Below, in pieces: positions 26,822-38,210 of a stretch of 64,000 nucleotides of DNA. The notes beneath the pieces were generated by a model that did not search any database, was not told the origin of the DNA, and saw only the letters and a list, made by a program, of their open reading frames with translations. Both the position numbers and the translations under genes were made by a program. Within the stretch, counting starts at the first letter, position 1. Every line of letters starts with the position of its first letter. Where the stretch lies: NCBI GenBank assembly GCA_028534125.1, contig CM052816.1, positions 18,416,001-18,480,000 of the forward strand, in the 5' to 3' direction. The DNA is from Lama glama (Eukaryota).

Positions 26822-28782
26822 GTGAGCGAATGGGTTCGTTTCCTGTAGGGCAGATGTCGGACGTGGTCTCACCAGGCTAAGGTCATCGTGTTAGTGGCAG
26901 GGCTGCGTTCCTGTCTGGAGGCCCCAGGGAGACTTGGCTTCCTCATTCACTCGGATGTTGGCAGAAAGTGGGTCCATGCAGTTGTAGGGCAGAGGTCTCT
27001 GTTCCCTGGCTGACCTTCCACTGGGGCTGCTTTTACCTTTGACCCTCTAGTCTTTGAATACAGCCCCTCCATCTCAGAGCCAGCAACAGGACGTGGGGCC
27101 CTGCTCACACAGTTGTCCTGCCTACTGCAGTCATGGCTGCCGAGAGCTGGCCTGCTGTCCCTTGAGCTCAGGAGGGCCCAGATTTCCTCACCCCATGGGC
27201 ACAACACAGACAGCAGCAGACCATACACTTCTTTCAGACTCCAGTACAGCCTTGGTTCCAGCTAGCTCCATCCCACCTCACTTCCAGGAGCTCAGAATTT
27301 AACAACCAGCAGTGTTTCTCAAAGAATCCCCTGCCCCAGAAGAAGAAAATCCAGGTCCCAGAGCCCACCCAGCTCTAAAAAATCAGCAGGGCCTGGGGGT
27401 CTGCATTGTGATGAAAGCATCAGGTCATTCTGATGCACACTCAACTTTGCCGGCTGCATTATTTTCACTGTCTGGGTTATTTTCCAGTCTATTTTAAGCA
27501 GTTACTCTTAAGTGAAAAGCAAATTACCATAAACCAGATAATTAATCTTCATGAGACACCTGGGACAAATATTTGCTACCTAGAAACAGCCTCCTCCAAG
27601 AGTGAAGATACTAAGCCCCCCCTTTGCTGGGGCCCCAACGGCCTCCCCAAGGAGCCTAGTCATTTAGTGACTCTCTGCTTCCTCCTGGGGCATCCACCAC
27701 GCAGCCTGAAGGCCCAGCAGTGAGCACGTGAGCCTGGGCCGACACCATCTAGGAGCCCAGCAGCCGCCCACCTACCCACCCCTACAACTGGGTCTCAAAT
27801 ACAAAACTGCCGGCTGTCATGGCAGCCAGCCTCCTGAGGTGTGTGATGTGAGTGACAGGAATGTACCTGCTGAGAGAAGGTGGGGCGGCCCAGGTTTTGT
27901 GCCGCTAGAATTACAGCATGAAACTGGGGCTCTGTGAAGCTCACATGAAAGGAAAATAGGGGATGGATGCCTTTGTCAAACCTAGCGAACTGTACCTGTA
28001 AGGCCTCTGCATCTTCTGTGTGTGAGGCACACTTAGAAAATAGACATGACTAATGTGTCCCCGGGCACTGGACGCCCACTGGAGCCAAGTCCAGCATCTA
28101 TCCCACCAGGACTCCTCTTTGTGGTTAATAAGAAGATTCCCACAGCCCAGGCCCGTGTGGATGTCTAACCACGTGGTGCACTGTGGAAATAAGTGGAAGA
28201 CCCCACCTGGTGGTCCCTTGCCAGGGAGGGAGGAGGCAGGCGGTGCGCCGGTGAGGCACGCAGCTTGCGTGGTCAGGACAGACCCTGCTCCTGCGAGGCT
28301 GCCGGCTCCGCAGCTGCATCCACTGTGCTGACCCATCCCCTCAGGCTCTTGGGAGTTTCTCCTCCCTGCAAATAACAACAGCAGAACAAAACATGGAGCA
28401 GCATGAGAAAAAAATGTTTCAGTTAATGAAAGTGTTGCTCTGCGTCTTGAAATCTGCCTTTAATGGCTCTAAGACCCACATTCTAACAATTGTAATATGA
28501 AATTGGTGCTAGCAACTTACAACCCTGATTGTGATTCCTCCATCTACCTCCAACCTTTAATGGAGAGCTGGGACAAAAATGGGAGAAGGGTCTTAAGCGG
28601 GTGACTGTGTCCTGCATTGGCAGGAGCTGAGTGGGATGTAGTTCAACACAGAGCTCCTGTCCCCTCACCCCGCCCCTGGAAGGCTGGACCAGCGGTATGT
28701 TCTGCTGGGATGATGCACTCCCCAAATGCCTATGGGATGAGCCCCTTCTGCATACTCACCGAAATCTTATCTGTTTTTGCAG

Positions 28783-28952
28783 GTGAACTGAAGGAAATCA
28801 AGCAAGATATCTCCAGCCTGCGCTATGAGCTTCTCGAAGAGAAATCTCAAGCTACTGGAGAGCTGGCAGACCTGATCCAACAGCTCAGCGAGAAATTTGG
28901 GAAGAACTTAAACAAAGACCACCTGAGGGTGAACAAGGGCAAAGACATTTAG
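28783..28952 (+). CDS. TRPC7: TRPC7 terminal coding exon (C-terminal coiled coil)
   Basis: Acceptor tttttgcag|gt. Encodes (G)[55 protein letters not shown]; stop TAG at 28950-28952. Confidence 0.98.
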
Positions 28953-29645
28953 CAGCCTGTGTCGGCACCTGTGACTTCTACCAGCATTCCCAGGCCAGGT
29001 GGGATGCCCTGGCCACCAGCCCTGGTAGGGAGGGGTCCCGAGCCCACTCCTCTAGGACTCTAAAGGGACCCATTGGCTCCACCCTGACCAGCCGTGCTGA
29101 TACCTGCAGCCCAGGGGCCTGCTTGGACCAAAAACTGTTGTAAATCTAGGCTGTTGGGTGAGAAAGTAATCCATAGGAGGAGGGGATGAAGCGCCCCCGA
29201 CACATGTGACACCTTCAGTCCAGTCACAGCGGCATTCATCCCTGTGGCCAGTGCAGGAAAAGGCCATCTTGGATGCACACTTGTCCCCTCCCACTGCACA
29301 CAGACCACAGCTGGGTCTGCATCCCTGAAGACAAACCACCTCACCCCACGCTCCCCTGCTCACTCCCTCCCTGCCACCTGCACACATCAAACAACCGGGA
29401 GGTGACCTGTGATCTACTCTTAAGTGCCAGATGAGAACACAGATAGCCTAATAGCAAAATAGTTCTATTTGTTTATTAAAAAAAAAAGTTTAAAAATCCT
29501 AAATCAAAAGTTGTACTGTAGGTAGCACTGTTCAGAGAACAACCAAATCCAAATGATGTATTTTTACCTTTATTAAAATTATCTTGTATTTACTATTTTT
29601 ACCTGAAATGGAAAGAAATAAAATTATCTCATAATAGCCTGGGGA
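28953..29645 (+). other. TRPC7: TRPC7 3' UTR (3' end approximate)
   Basis: Follows the stop codon and ends in an AT-rich block with ATTAAA (29475-29480, 29572-29577) and AATAAA (29617-29622). Confidence 0.65.
29617..29622 (+). terminator. Candidate TRPC7 polyadenylation signal AATAAA
   Basis: Canonical hexamer at the end of an AT-rich segment with upstream TGTA motifs, about 670 nt after the stop. Confidence 0.6.
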
Positions 29646-29974
29646 GCCTCTGTGGATGCACTGCCTTCATGTTGTCCTGCACTCTCTCTCTGGAGGTGGT
29701 CTTGGGCATCCACGGAGAAAGGGCAGGTGTGGAGGGGACAGGTTCCAACTTCCTGGGAGTCATGCAGGCTGACTCCCACCTCCAAGTGCCTCCTCCTGTC
29801 CCCAGGCCTAGTGACCCCAACCTCACCAAGGTCAGGAAGGAAGCAAAGGAAATGGTGAGAGAAGCGAAACATTCTCTCCCCACCCCACCCGCTTCCCCTG
29901 AGTGGGAGGGCACGGGGTGCCTGGTGAAAGGAGCCTAGCCCTTTCTGGAGGGGCCTAGATGTGAGTAGGGAGAG

Positions 29975-29993
29975 TAGCCACCAGAGGGCGCCC
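29975..29993 (+). promoter_or_regulatory. CTCF binding motif
   Basis: TAGCCACCAGAGGGCGCCC matches the CTCF core CCAC(C/T)AG(A/G)(G/T)GGC(A/G)C. Confidence 0.7.
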
Positions 29994-32900
29994 CGGTCCC
30001 GAGTAACACCCATTCTGAGCAGGTTGGAGAAGATGAGGTTGGATTCCGGGAGAGCCCACGTGGCCCCTAAAGATCACTTACTAGGAACAGGAGCTGGATG
30101 TAGTGAGTGAGGACTTGCTGCATACTAGGCTCTGTGCTGAGGGCTCTGGATGCATCAGTCCAGTGAACCTTCACAGCCACCCTGTGAGGAGGGGGAGGAA
30201 CAAGATCACAAATCCAGACACCCTGGAGGGGCAAAATACATGTGTGTGCATGTGTGTGTATGACTGTGTGTGTTTTCTACATGTATCTGTATGTGGGGGG
30301 GGGTGTTTTGTGATATACAGTGTATCTTTAGAGATAAAAGGTGTTCATTTAACCTTGATCTAAAAAGAGTGCAGATCAAATGTGATGATAAGCAGAACTG
30401 AATGAGTCCCAGAACGGAGGGGCGGGGAGGGACCATGACAATCCAGACAGTCGTGCCCTACCTAAAATGGGTGTAGACATCCAACCCAGCTAATTGCTGC
30501 CGTAAAGCCCAGTTTTGCCAAATCTTCCCCCTTTCTAGGGAGAAAAAGCCCTCATCTGTTAGGCCTTGGCAGCCAAGACGGGTGACTGGAGAAGATGCCC
30601 TGAAATGTGACCCCAACATGGGACTTCCTGGCACCACCACTCAGTGCTCAAACAGGGAGAAAACAGAGGTGTCCAACAGGGAAGGGGGACATCTGGATGT
30701 GCAGGGAGCTTTACAGACGCCTTTAAACTGTGGTCCAGGAGTTTTCCCCTCGGGTCCATGTGAGGGTCCATGGACAGGTTTCAAAGAGCCTGCAAACCCT
30801 GAAGCGCCCATCAAATTGTGTGCGTGTCTTTGTGATGGTAAGCTGTCGCAGAGAGAACACCTGAAGCTTTTCTCAAACACTCATCTGTGCCCCCCACCCC
30901 CACCCCTGCAGCTGATGACTGAATTCCTTCAGCAGAAGTTCCTGAGTCTCCTGCCAAGTACCGGGGATGAGACACCTATGTGTCCAGTGGGGAATAAATC
31001 ACTCTTCCCACGAAGCACATCAGCCTCCCTATCCAGGGGACAAATTTACCAACACTTGTGAAAGATTTCCTTTCAGATCCCTCACTTAGCATCATCAGAA
31101 TGCTAATAAACACTTTCAAGATGCATTATTCAATTTCCCTATCTCCTTTCTACCAGAGGCAGCTGGCAACCCCATTTTCCTGTCAAATCTGAGTCTCAAA
31201 TTTGCCCCTGAAGGTGATAAAGGAAAACAAGTCCCACTAAGTAATTAAAAACTGGGAAGCAAAACTAGCACCACCCGTCAGGCTCTGGATGTCACATCTG
31301 GGAGGTGATGGTTGTCCAGGAATGGATTCATGGCTGCCAGAGAGATGTGGGGGAGGAGAGGGACCCCTCTTTCTTGGAAAGCTGTGGGAGAGGCCTGGAA
31401 ACTGAGGGCTGGCAGAGCCATCAGCTGGAGCACTTGGTGGTTTTCCAGGCACTAACAACCTCCCTCGCGTTCCCCCATTTCCTGGCCTCCTGTGGAATAA
31501 GCCAGGTAGGAGGAGCAGTTCTTGGAGAAAGGAAAGGAGAGAATGAGGAGTGGAGTGTGGGAGAGGCATCAGGACAGACACGGGGAGGAGAAAGTGCCCA
31601 GGCCCTCCTGGCAAAGCCCACGGACACCACCCCCAAGAACACACACCCTTCCCACAGCTCCCTATCCATCCCCTTGCGCACCCTGCACACCTGTCATTAC
31701 TTAGTGAGTAGCACATGCAGAGCACATCTGCCTTCTTGGCTTGTGGGGAAGCTTCAGGAGGAGCTCGGGGTCTACTTTATTCCCACTGTGCACTAGCCAG
31801 GACCGAAGGAGCAACTCAGTAAGCCACTGCTGGGCCTGTTTTTGCAGGTTCCTTCAGACGGTGCCATCAGGCCCTGAACACCGGGTGAGTTTGCAGGAAG
31901 CACAAGCCTCCTGAGCCCCAGCACAAGCTGGGGCTCAGAGAAGGTTCGGAGGAAACCTTCTAGTCACGGTGTGGAAGGAGGCCCCACTCAGCCCTCTCTG
32001 TTACATCTGAGTACCTCAGACTCTGTGCCGGGGCCAGACAATCGCAGTGCAGGCCTGGTGGGGGGATCCTGGCGGGGTCGGGAGGCAGTCCTGGCCGGGT
32101 CTCCGGGTAACCAGTGGTTAAGCAGCAAATTCTACAGCAAATGTCACCTTCTGATGGTTCCTAATAGGACTTGACAAATCCTAGTAACACTTCCTGGGCA
32201 AAAAACCCCAATTACTCCCCAGAGCTATTCCTGAAGGGCGAGCGCTCACACACTCGAGAAAGCACAGCCAGCCTCCTCTGCCCATCACAGAGTATCTCCC
32301 TCCATCCCAGCAAAGCCCAGAAGACAAAAAAATTTTCCAAAGCAGCCCAGCCTGGGGCGGGGTGGGGGGGGGGTGGATTCCCTGACACAGGTGCTACTCC
32401 AGGAAAGTTCCTCCCAATGGCCACAGCCCCAGGAAGCCGGTGACAAGACACCTTCAGGTCTGCTCGCCCCAGGGAGGCTGAGACACCTCATCCTGCTAAG
32501 GAGGCTCAGCCTCGGCATCTGGTTAAAAATAAGCTGGCTTGCCCGTCACTCCGGAAAGTGCTCATTAACGCTTATGTAAAGGGTAGAGCTTGAGGCTCCA
32601 GGAGGCTGGCAGGAATTAGAGTTTTGATCCGCTGAGGCAGGGAGGCCATGCCCTATGCTGTGTTTGCCCCATCACTTCCCCTCATCCCTTGAAGGGTGAA
32701 CTGCTAGTGGGAAGGGACTCCAGGAGAAGCATGTGAATGTCAATCAACTCAGGCTTGTAAACCAGGCAGCAAACCCCTTCCACCCTCTCTGCAGACACAG
32801 CAAGGTCCCGCGTTCCCCAGCCTCATCCCAGCCTCGGGAGTGGAGGCTGGCTGGCTCTGCCTAGAGAAATCCCAGCTGATTCTTTGACAGGGGTTTCTCC

Positions 32901-35900
32901 TGTTACTTCCGCACCATGGTTAAGTTGCAGGGGTGTTCTATGTCCTTTACTTCAGGGAAAAAAATGACACAGATGCAGGGGGAAAAAATAAAGGTGTCCA
33001 GGGCTTGGGTTCCCAAGGTCAGAGTCTTTATAGAAGGGAGACGATCGTGGGAAGAATCAAAAAGCTTGAGAGAAGTGGTGTTTGAGGAGCACAAGGCTCT
33101 GCCCTACCTGGCCCGCTTCCCGCAGACAGGGCGGGAGAGGGATGGAGGCGAGGTCCTGATCGCTGAGAGACTCTGCCTGTGGAGGAAAAGTGCTCTGGTG
33201 CCCGAGAGGCAGGACCACAGCTGGAAGGCCAGGTCCACGCACAGCCACCCTCCCCTCCTGGGCATCCAGGGAGACAGGGGGAGAGGGAGGGGCTCCCCGA
33301 GCAAGCAGGGCAGGAGCAAAGGGTACTTTCATGACAATGCGCTTATAAAGCGCAGACTCCACTGTCTGCGGCAGGAGTAACTGGGTCAAACAGGGTCCAT
33401 CAGCTGTGCCAGCTGACAGGATGACAGATGAGGCCACGGGTCCCGCGGCGCTGACCCCACACACGCCCAGGCCCATGGCATGCCCGCCCACCTCAGCAGT
33501 GCGGTGGGGGGGAATTAGGGGGCAAAAGAAGGCAACATCTGCCCAAACAGAAGTACACCAGGGCCTGCTCAGGTGTCTGAGTGCAGATTCCACACTCACA
33601 GGGTACACAACTCGTCCACTGGGCCACTTCCCACCCCGCCCCCCAACCACCTCCAGAGCCCGGTGTGCCCACGATAAAGCAGAGGGAAGGCAGGGCACAC
33701 AGGAGGGGAGAGGAAGCATGGTGTGCAGGCTTTGTACTGGCTGGGATTCCCCCCACCTTGGGCAGGAAACAGATCTCACCCCAGCCCCAACCCAACCGAT
33801 CAGAAACCAACACAGTCTGAAGCAGGGCAGTCACGTTCCTGCCTTGATATCTGCACCTATGTGGACACTGGGAAAGAAATCCTACTTTCCAGGGGGGTTA
33901 CTGAACAGGAGAACGTGAATCTGGGACCCCAGTAGACCCCTCCCTGCCACACAGACAGGCTGTCTGCAAATGAGGTTAAACAGAGATGAGAAATTAAGGG
34001 CAGGGAAAAAGCAAAGGTAGGAGGGGATGGAGGAGAGGAGGAAAGAGAAGGAGCAGGAAGAGAGAAAAAAATGAGGAGGGGGAAGCAGGGAGCTGCGTCA
34101 CATTCTTACCCCTGATGCCCTTCTTCCTGCAGCTCTATCTACATCTGGGAACTGTTCCAGAAGCCTTCTCAGCTTTGCTGCCAAATAAGTGCCATTTTTG
34201 TTGATGCTGGTTTGCACTGGGCTTCTGGATTTCATTTACATCCTCAGAATCCTGCTGAACACAGAAACATCTCTAGGACTTCTCTGTACCACCCTCCCCC
34301 TGGGGCTGTTTTGCATTTAAGTGGTTAGAGGAGAGAGAGCCAGAAACTGCCTGGACTATTTTTCCTGAGATTCCATAAGGTTCCGGACAGCGCGTAACAT
34401 CCTCAAGCTGGTGAAACTGTTCAAGGCTGAATCCACAAAATAAGGGCTACTCTAAGTGATGGGTGCACCTTAGGACTAGGGGAGGAGTCTTCTCCCTGCT
34501 CTGTCCAGGCTCCGGCCTAGAAGGATCCAGAAGTGGCACCCTGGGCACTTCTGTGATGGACAGTGGCCCCAGTGAGGCACTTCTCAACCACTGTGTAGGT
34601 AAATTGTGGAGTGCTAGGTGGGGAGCAAAGCAGAGAGGGAGACAAGGCAGTGGGTAGGGGGGCTACAATTATTGCTCCTGTTTGGGAGCGTTGCCACTCA
34701 GAGACCCCAGAAATAACCAGCAACCACTTTGAGAATGACCAGTTTCTGGCTGGTGAGTTTCCTGATATAAACAGGAAATACAGCCTTATTTTACAGGTGA
34801 AGTAGACTTCAAGTTACATAAATACAACCCAACATGGGGCGTGGGGGACTTCTGCTGCTTTGGGGGCACACAGATCTTGAGAGTAGCACCAATCCCAGCA
34901 GCTGTACCACTGACTCAGGGTTTTCAGACTGGTGTTCACCGGGGGAGCGGTGACCGCCCCAGACCGGAGCTGGGTCTGTCTCCACGAGGGAGGAAGTAAC
35001 TCCAGATCATTTCAATGACAGAACAGAACAGAGCCCCAGGGGTTCACTCTCAGCTCCAATCAATCACAGGACAGACACTCCAGCAAAACAGAGCCTCTGG
35101 TGGCTCCCCAGCCTGTGCAACTGAAATAGAAGCCCCCGAAGCCTGCGGGCCCTGCGGAAGGTGAACGTTCTGAGAGCCTAGCTGCTTTTTTCAACACATC
35201 TTCACATAAAGATGCTCACAGCAGCATCACTGTCTGTCACCAGCAGCGTGAACAGAATGTGTATTCTGTGCTCCAGCAAAGGCCCTGGGGCTGGAGAGCC
35301 AGGTGTCTCATGATATTCCCCTCCAAAGACACACAGATGTGCTGCTGCGCCCTGGGACTTCCAGGCCTCTCTGACCCCAGGCCCCAGCTCAGAGGTGAAC
35401 GATCCCCTCTGAGCTGAGGCTGCAGCCAGAGGACGGTACAAATCAGTATTCTAGTCACTCTGGACAGATTCTCAATTTTTCTCCCAAAGGGTAGAAATAC
35501 CATTCTGGTGATTCTTAAAAGACCTTCCAGCCTGCATACTTATGACATGAAAGATTCAGCCTGAGGTGAGACATAAGGGGCCTCTTCTGGAGAACGGAGC
35601 TCATGGTTTGAGACAAAAGCACAGAGGCAGGAAACCAAGGGAACTATGACTTCCCACCCAGCCCAGGTGTGTGTCCACCCACAGGGTCCCGAGGCAGGTG
35701 CCAGCAACTCTGAAGAGACCCAAGGTGTGCCCAGCTCCTGCTGGTCATCCCTGGTGCCCACCACATGATTGGAGATGAGGGGAACGATTCAGAGGTGAAA
35801 ATGGGATCTGGGCCAAGCCTTCCAGCACTACAGCCAGAGGAAGAGGAGGCAGAGTGGAACACACGGCCACACGGGTACCCCTGGCGGCAGAGACGTGAGG

Positions 35901-36663
35901 CAACCCAAGTAGGTGTGAAGGGTGGTGACATCCGTGGCTCTGTCTTCGTGGAACCTGGGGATGTGTGCAGGGACTCTGCAGGCCTCTCCAGAGGCCAACC
36001 CCTCCCCCACCCCTTCCTGACCCCTACCCCTGAGAGAGAGAGGCCAGAACCAACATGCAGGGCAGCATCTGTGTGAAGCCACACTACTGCAGAGGGAAAA
36101 TGACAGAGAAACTGCCTACCTGCCAGGCCTCCGTGTCCCCTCCCTGCAGGCTGTGGTCACTCAGGGGCAGAAGCCAGCACTGGGACAGAGCAGCTGAGCG
36201 GGGGGCTGTGTGACCTCCCCTACCCTGCCACAGCCCAGGCCTCCAGGCCCCGCAGCACTGCTGCTGGCGGGAAGACAGCAGGGAACACAGGCCTGGCCTC
36301 TGCCCTGTTCTATGAAGGGAGGGTGAGGTTGTGGGGAGCGACTTCAGGGACCCCCAGAAAACACGCCTGCAGGGACCCCTGCCTCTGCTTCCTCCCCTCC
36401 CCCATGGATGCCAGGCTTGTCGTGCGGCTCTGAGGACCCAGTTCAGTATGAGCCATGGCTCCTTAGGCATATGCCCACGGTGCCTTGTCCTCGTGGAAGC
36501 CGGCTGCACTACTCTATGCTGAGACCCGTGTGGAGAGGAACCTCGGAGGACGAGGGGCATCTGGTCTTTCCAGTCGAGCCAAGCTCCTGGCCGAGTGCAG
36601 CCGCGGGAGTGGGTGGGCCACATGGAGCAGAACTGCCCAGCTGAAGCCTGTCAACCACAGAAT

Positions 36664-37299
36664 TGAGACAGGAGGGAAAGGGGCAGTGCATAGCCACTCA
36701 AGGAATGACACGGCAATTGTCACAAAGATGGCGGAAGATTAAACTCCCGGTAGACTTTGAGGCCCAAGATGGCGGGAGATTCGACCTCCAGTGGGCCTTG
36801 AACTTCATTACACGCTCACTGTAATACAACAGCCTGGTGAATGACACACCCACAGGTGCCATGGCAGTTCTGAGACTGACCATAAAAGGTCAAAAAGTTG
36901 GCAGTGGCCCAAATCCTGGGAACCCCTGCCCCTTCCTCAAAGTACCTGGAATACTCGTTCTACTCATTAGCATATGAAATTACCAAGCCCATAAAAGCCA
37001 ACACCTTGTCACCAACTCTCTTGCCTTCTGAGATGGCCTGCACTCTATGGAGTGTGTATCTACTTTTCCTTTAACTCTCCCCCCTCCACACCTTGTGGCC
37101 ACTCTGGCCTTCTGAGATGGCCTGCACTCGGTCTATGGAGTGTGCATCTCTGAATAAATCATTTACTCAGCTATGGCTCACTCTTGAACTCTTCCCTGCA
37201 CAAAGCAAAGGACTCTCACTAGATGGGGCACATTCCAGGGACTCACCTGGGACCTGGAACATAGCCATCCTCTTGCACCTCCCATTTTTTCCTGTATCA
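36664..37299 (+). mobile_element. ERV1-class solo LTR, MER41-like
   Basis: TGA...TCA termini and 4-bp TSD GAAT (36660-36663, 37300-37303). TATA-like CATAAAA at about 36990 and AATAAA at 37153-37158. MER41-like blocks in the expected order: CAAGATGGCG, CCCACAGGTGCCATGGCAGTT, TTAGCATA, TCTATGGAG, TTTCCTGTATCA. Confidence 0.85.
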
Positions 37300-38069
37300 G
37301 AATTATGGAAAACAACAATGTGCTGTTTTAACACCCCAGCAATAAATAAGTCACACAGAGGAAATGAAGGGTGGTCCAGGAACCTCTAACTATAGGAGAG
37401 GGATCTCACCCATTCACCCAAAGAGAATGATGTACTCCTTGTGCCTCAATCAACAGCCCAAGAATGCAAGTCAGCCAGTGGTAATGAAGCCACAGTGAGT
37501 GTTCCCCACGAACCAGATCAGCTGTGCTCTACCTGGAAAGAAATCCTGTTTCTGTCCACCAATAGATACCCAAAAAAACAGCTCTGGCCATCTTGTGGAA
37601 AGAGGCAGACTTTGTTGAAGATGCTGATTGGAGCCAGTCAAGCCCCCATCTGGGAGCAGTTAAGTAGATTTGTGAGATTTTTTAATCAGAGTGGTGGACA
37701 GTTACAGAGGAGCAGTCAATGAATCACTGCCCACGGGCAATGATAACCCTGTTTCCATTCCCATCCTTTTAGCTGCCAGGGCACTTTCATGTCCCTTACC
37801 TCATTTAATTAAAAGAGTAACCCAGCCAGGTGGGCAGGGCAGGATTTGTTATCCTCTTTGCAAAGAAAGAGCTTAATGCAAGGGTCCAATTGAGTAGAAG
37901 TTCAACACCTGAGGCCCCTGAGTCCTGGGACCAGGACTGGATACAGAATGGGTGCCAAAGGACACAGGCGAATGGGAAGGGTGCCCACCTGCTGGACAAC
38001 ATGTGTAGAAGCTCTGTCCTAGGAAGCAGTTTGGCCAGGAGAGACTCACTTTGCAGGGCATTTCCTTGG

Positions 38070-38210
38070 ACTGCCTGCCTCAGAATCAATCCCCTGGGGC
38101 ACCTGCTGATAATGTGGAACTACAGACTGCAAATGAAGCCTAGGAATCTATATTTTAAAATGCTCCTGGGTGACTTTGATAGTCGACTGTATTTGGACAC
38201 TATTGCCACA
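38070..38210. mobile_element. MER5A-like hAT relic (similar relics at about 27300-27450 and 40870-41070)
   Basis: cagaatca...cctgggg...ggaatctatattttaaaatgctcctgggtgactttgat resembles the MER5A core. Confidence 0.5.

Noticed and set aside
28950..28958. TRPC7 stop context TAG-CAG-CCT as a read-through signal
   Set aside because: It matches neither UGA-CUAG nor the full UAG-CAR-YYA motif.
33057..33918. Overlapping 150-240 aa ORFs in GC-rich intergenic DNA
   Set aside because: No recognisable protein features or splice structure; ORFs open on both strands indicate a compositional artefact.
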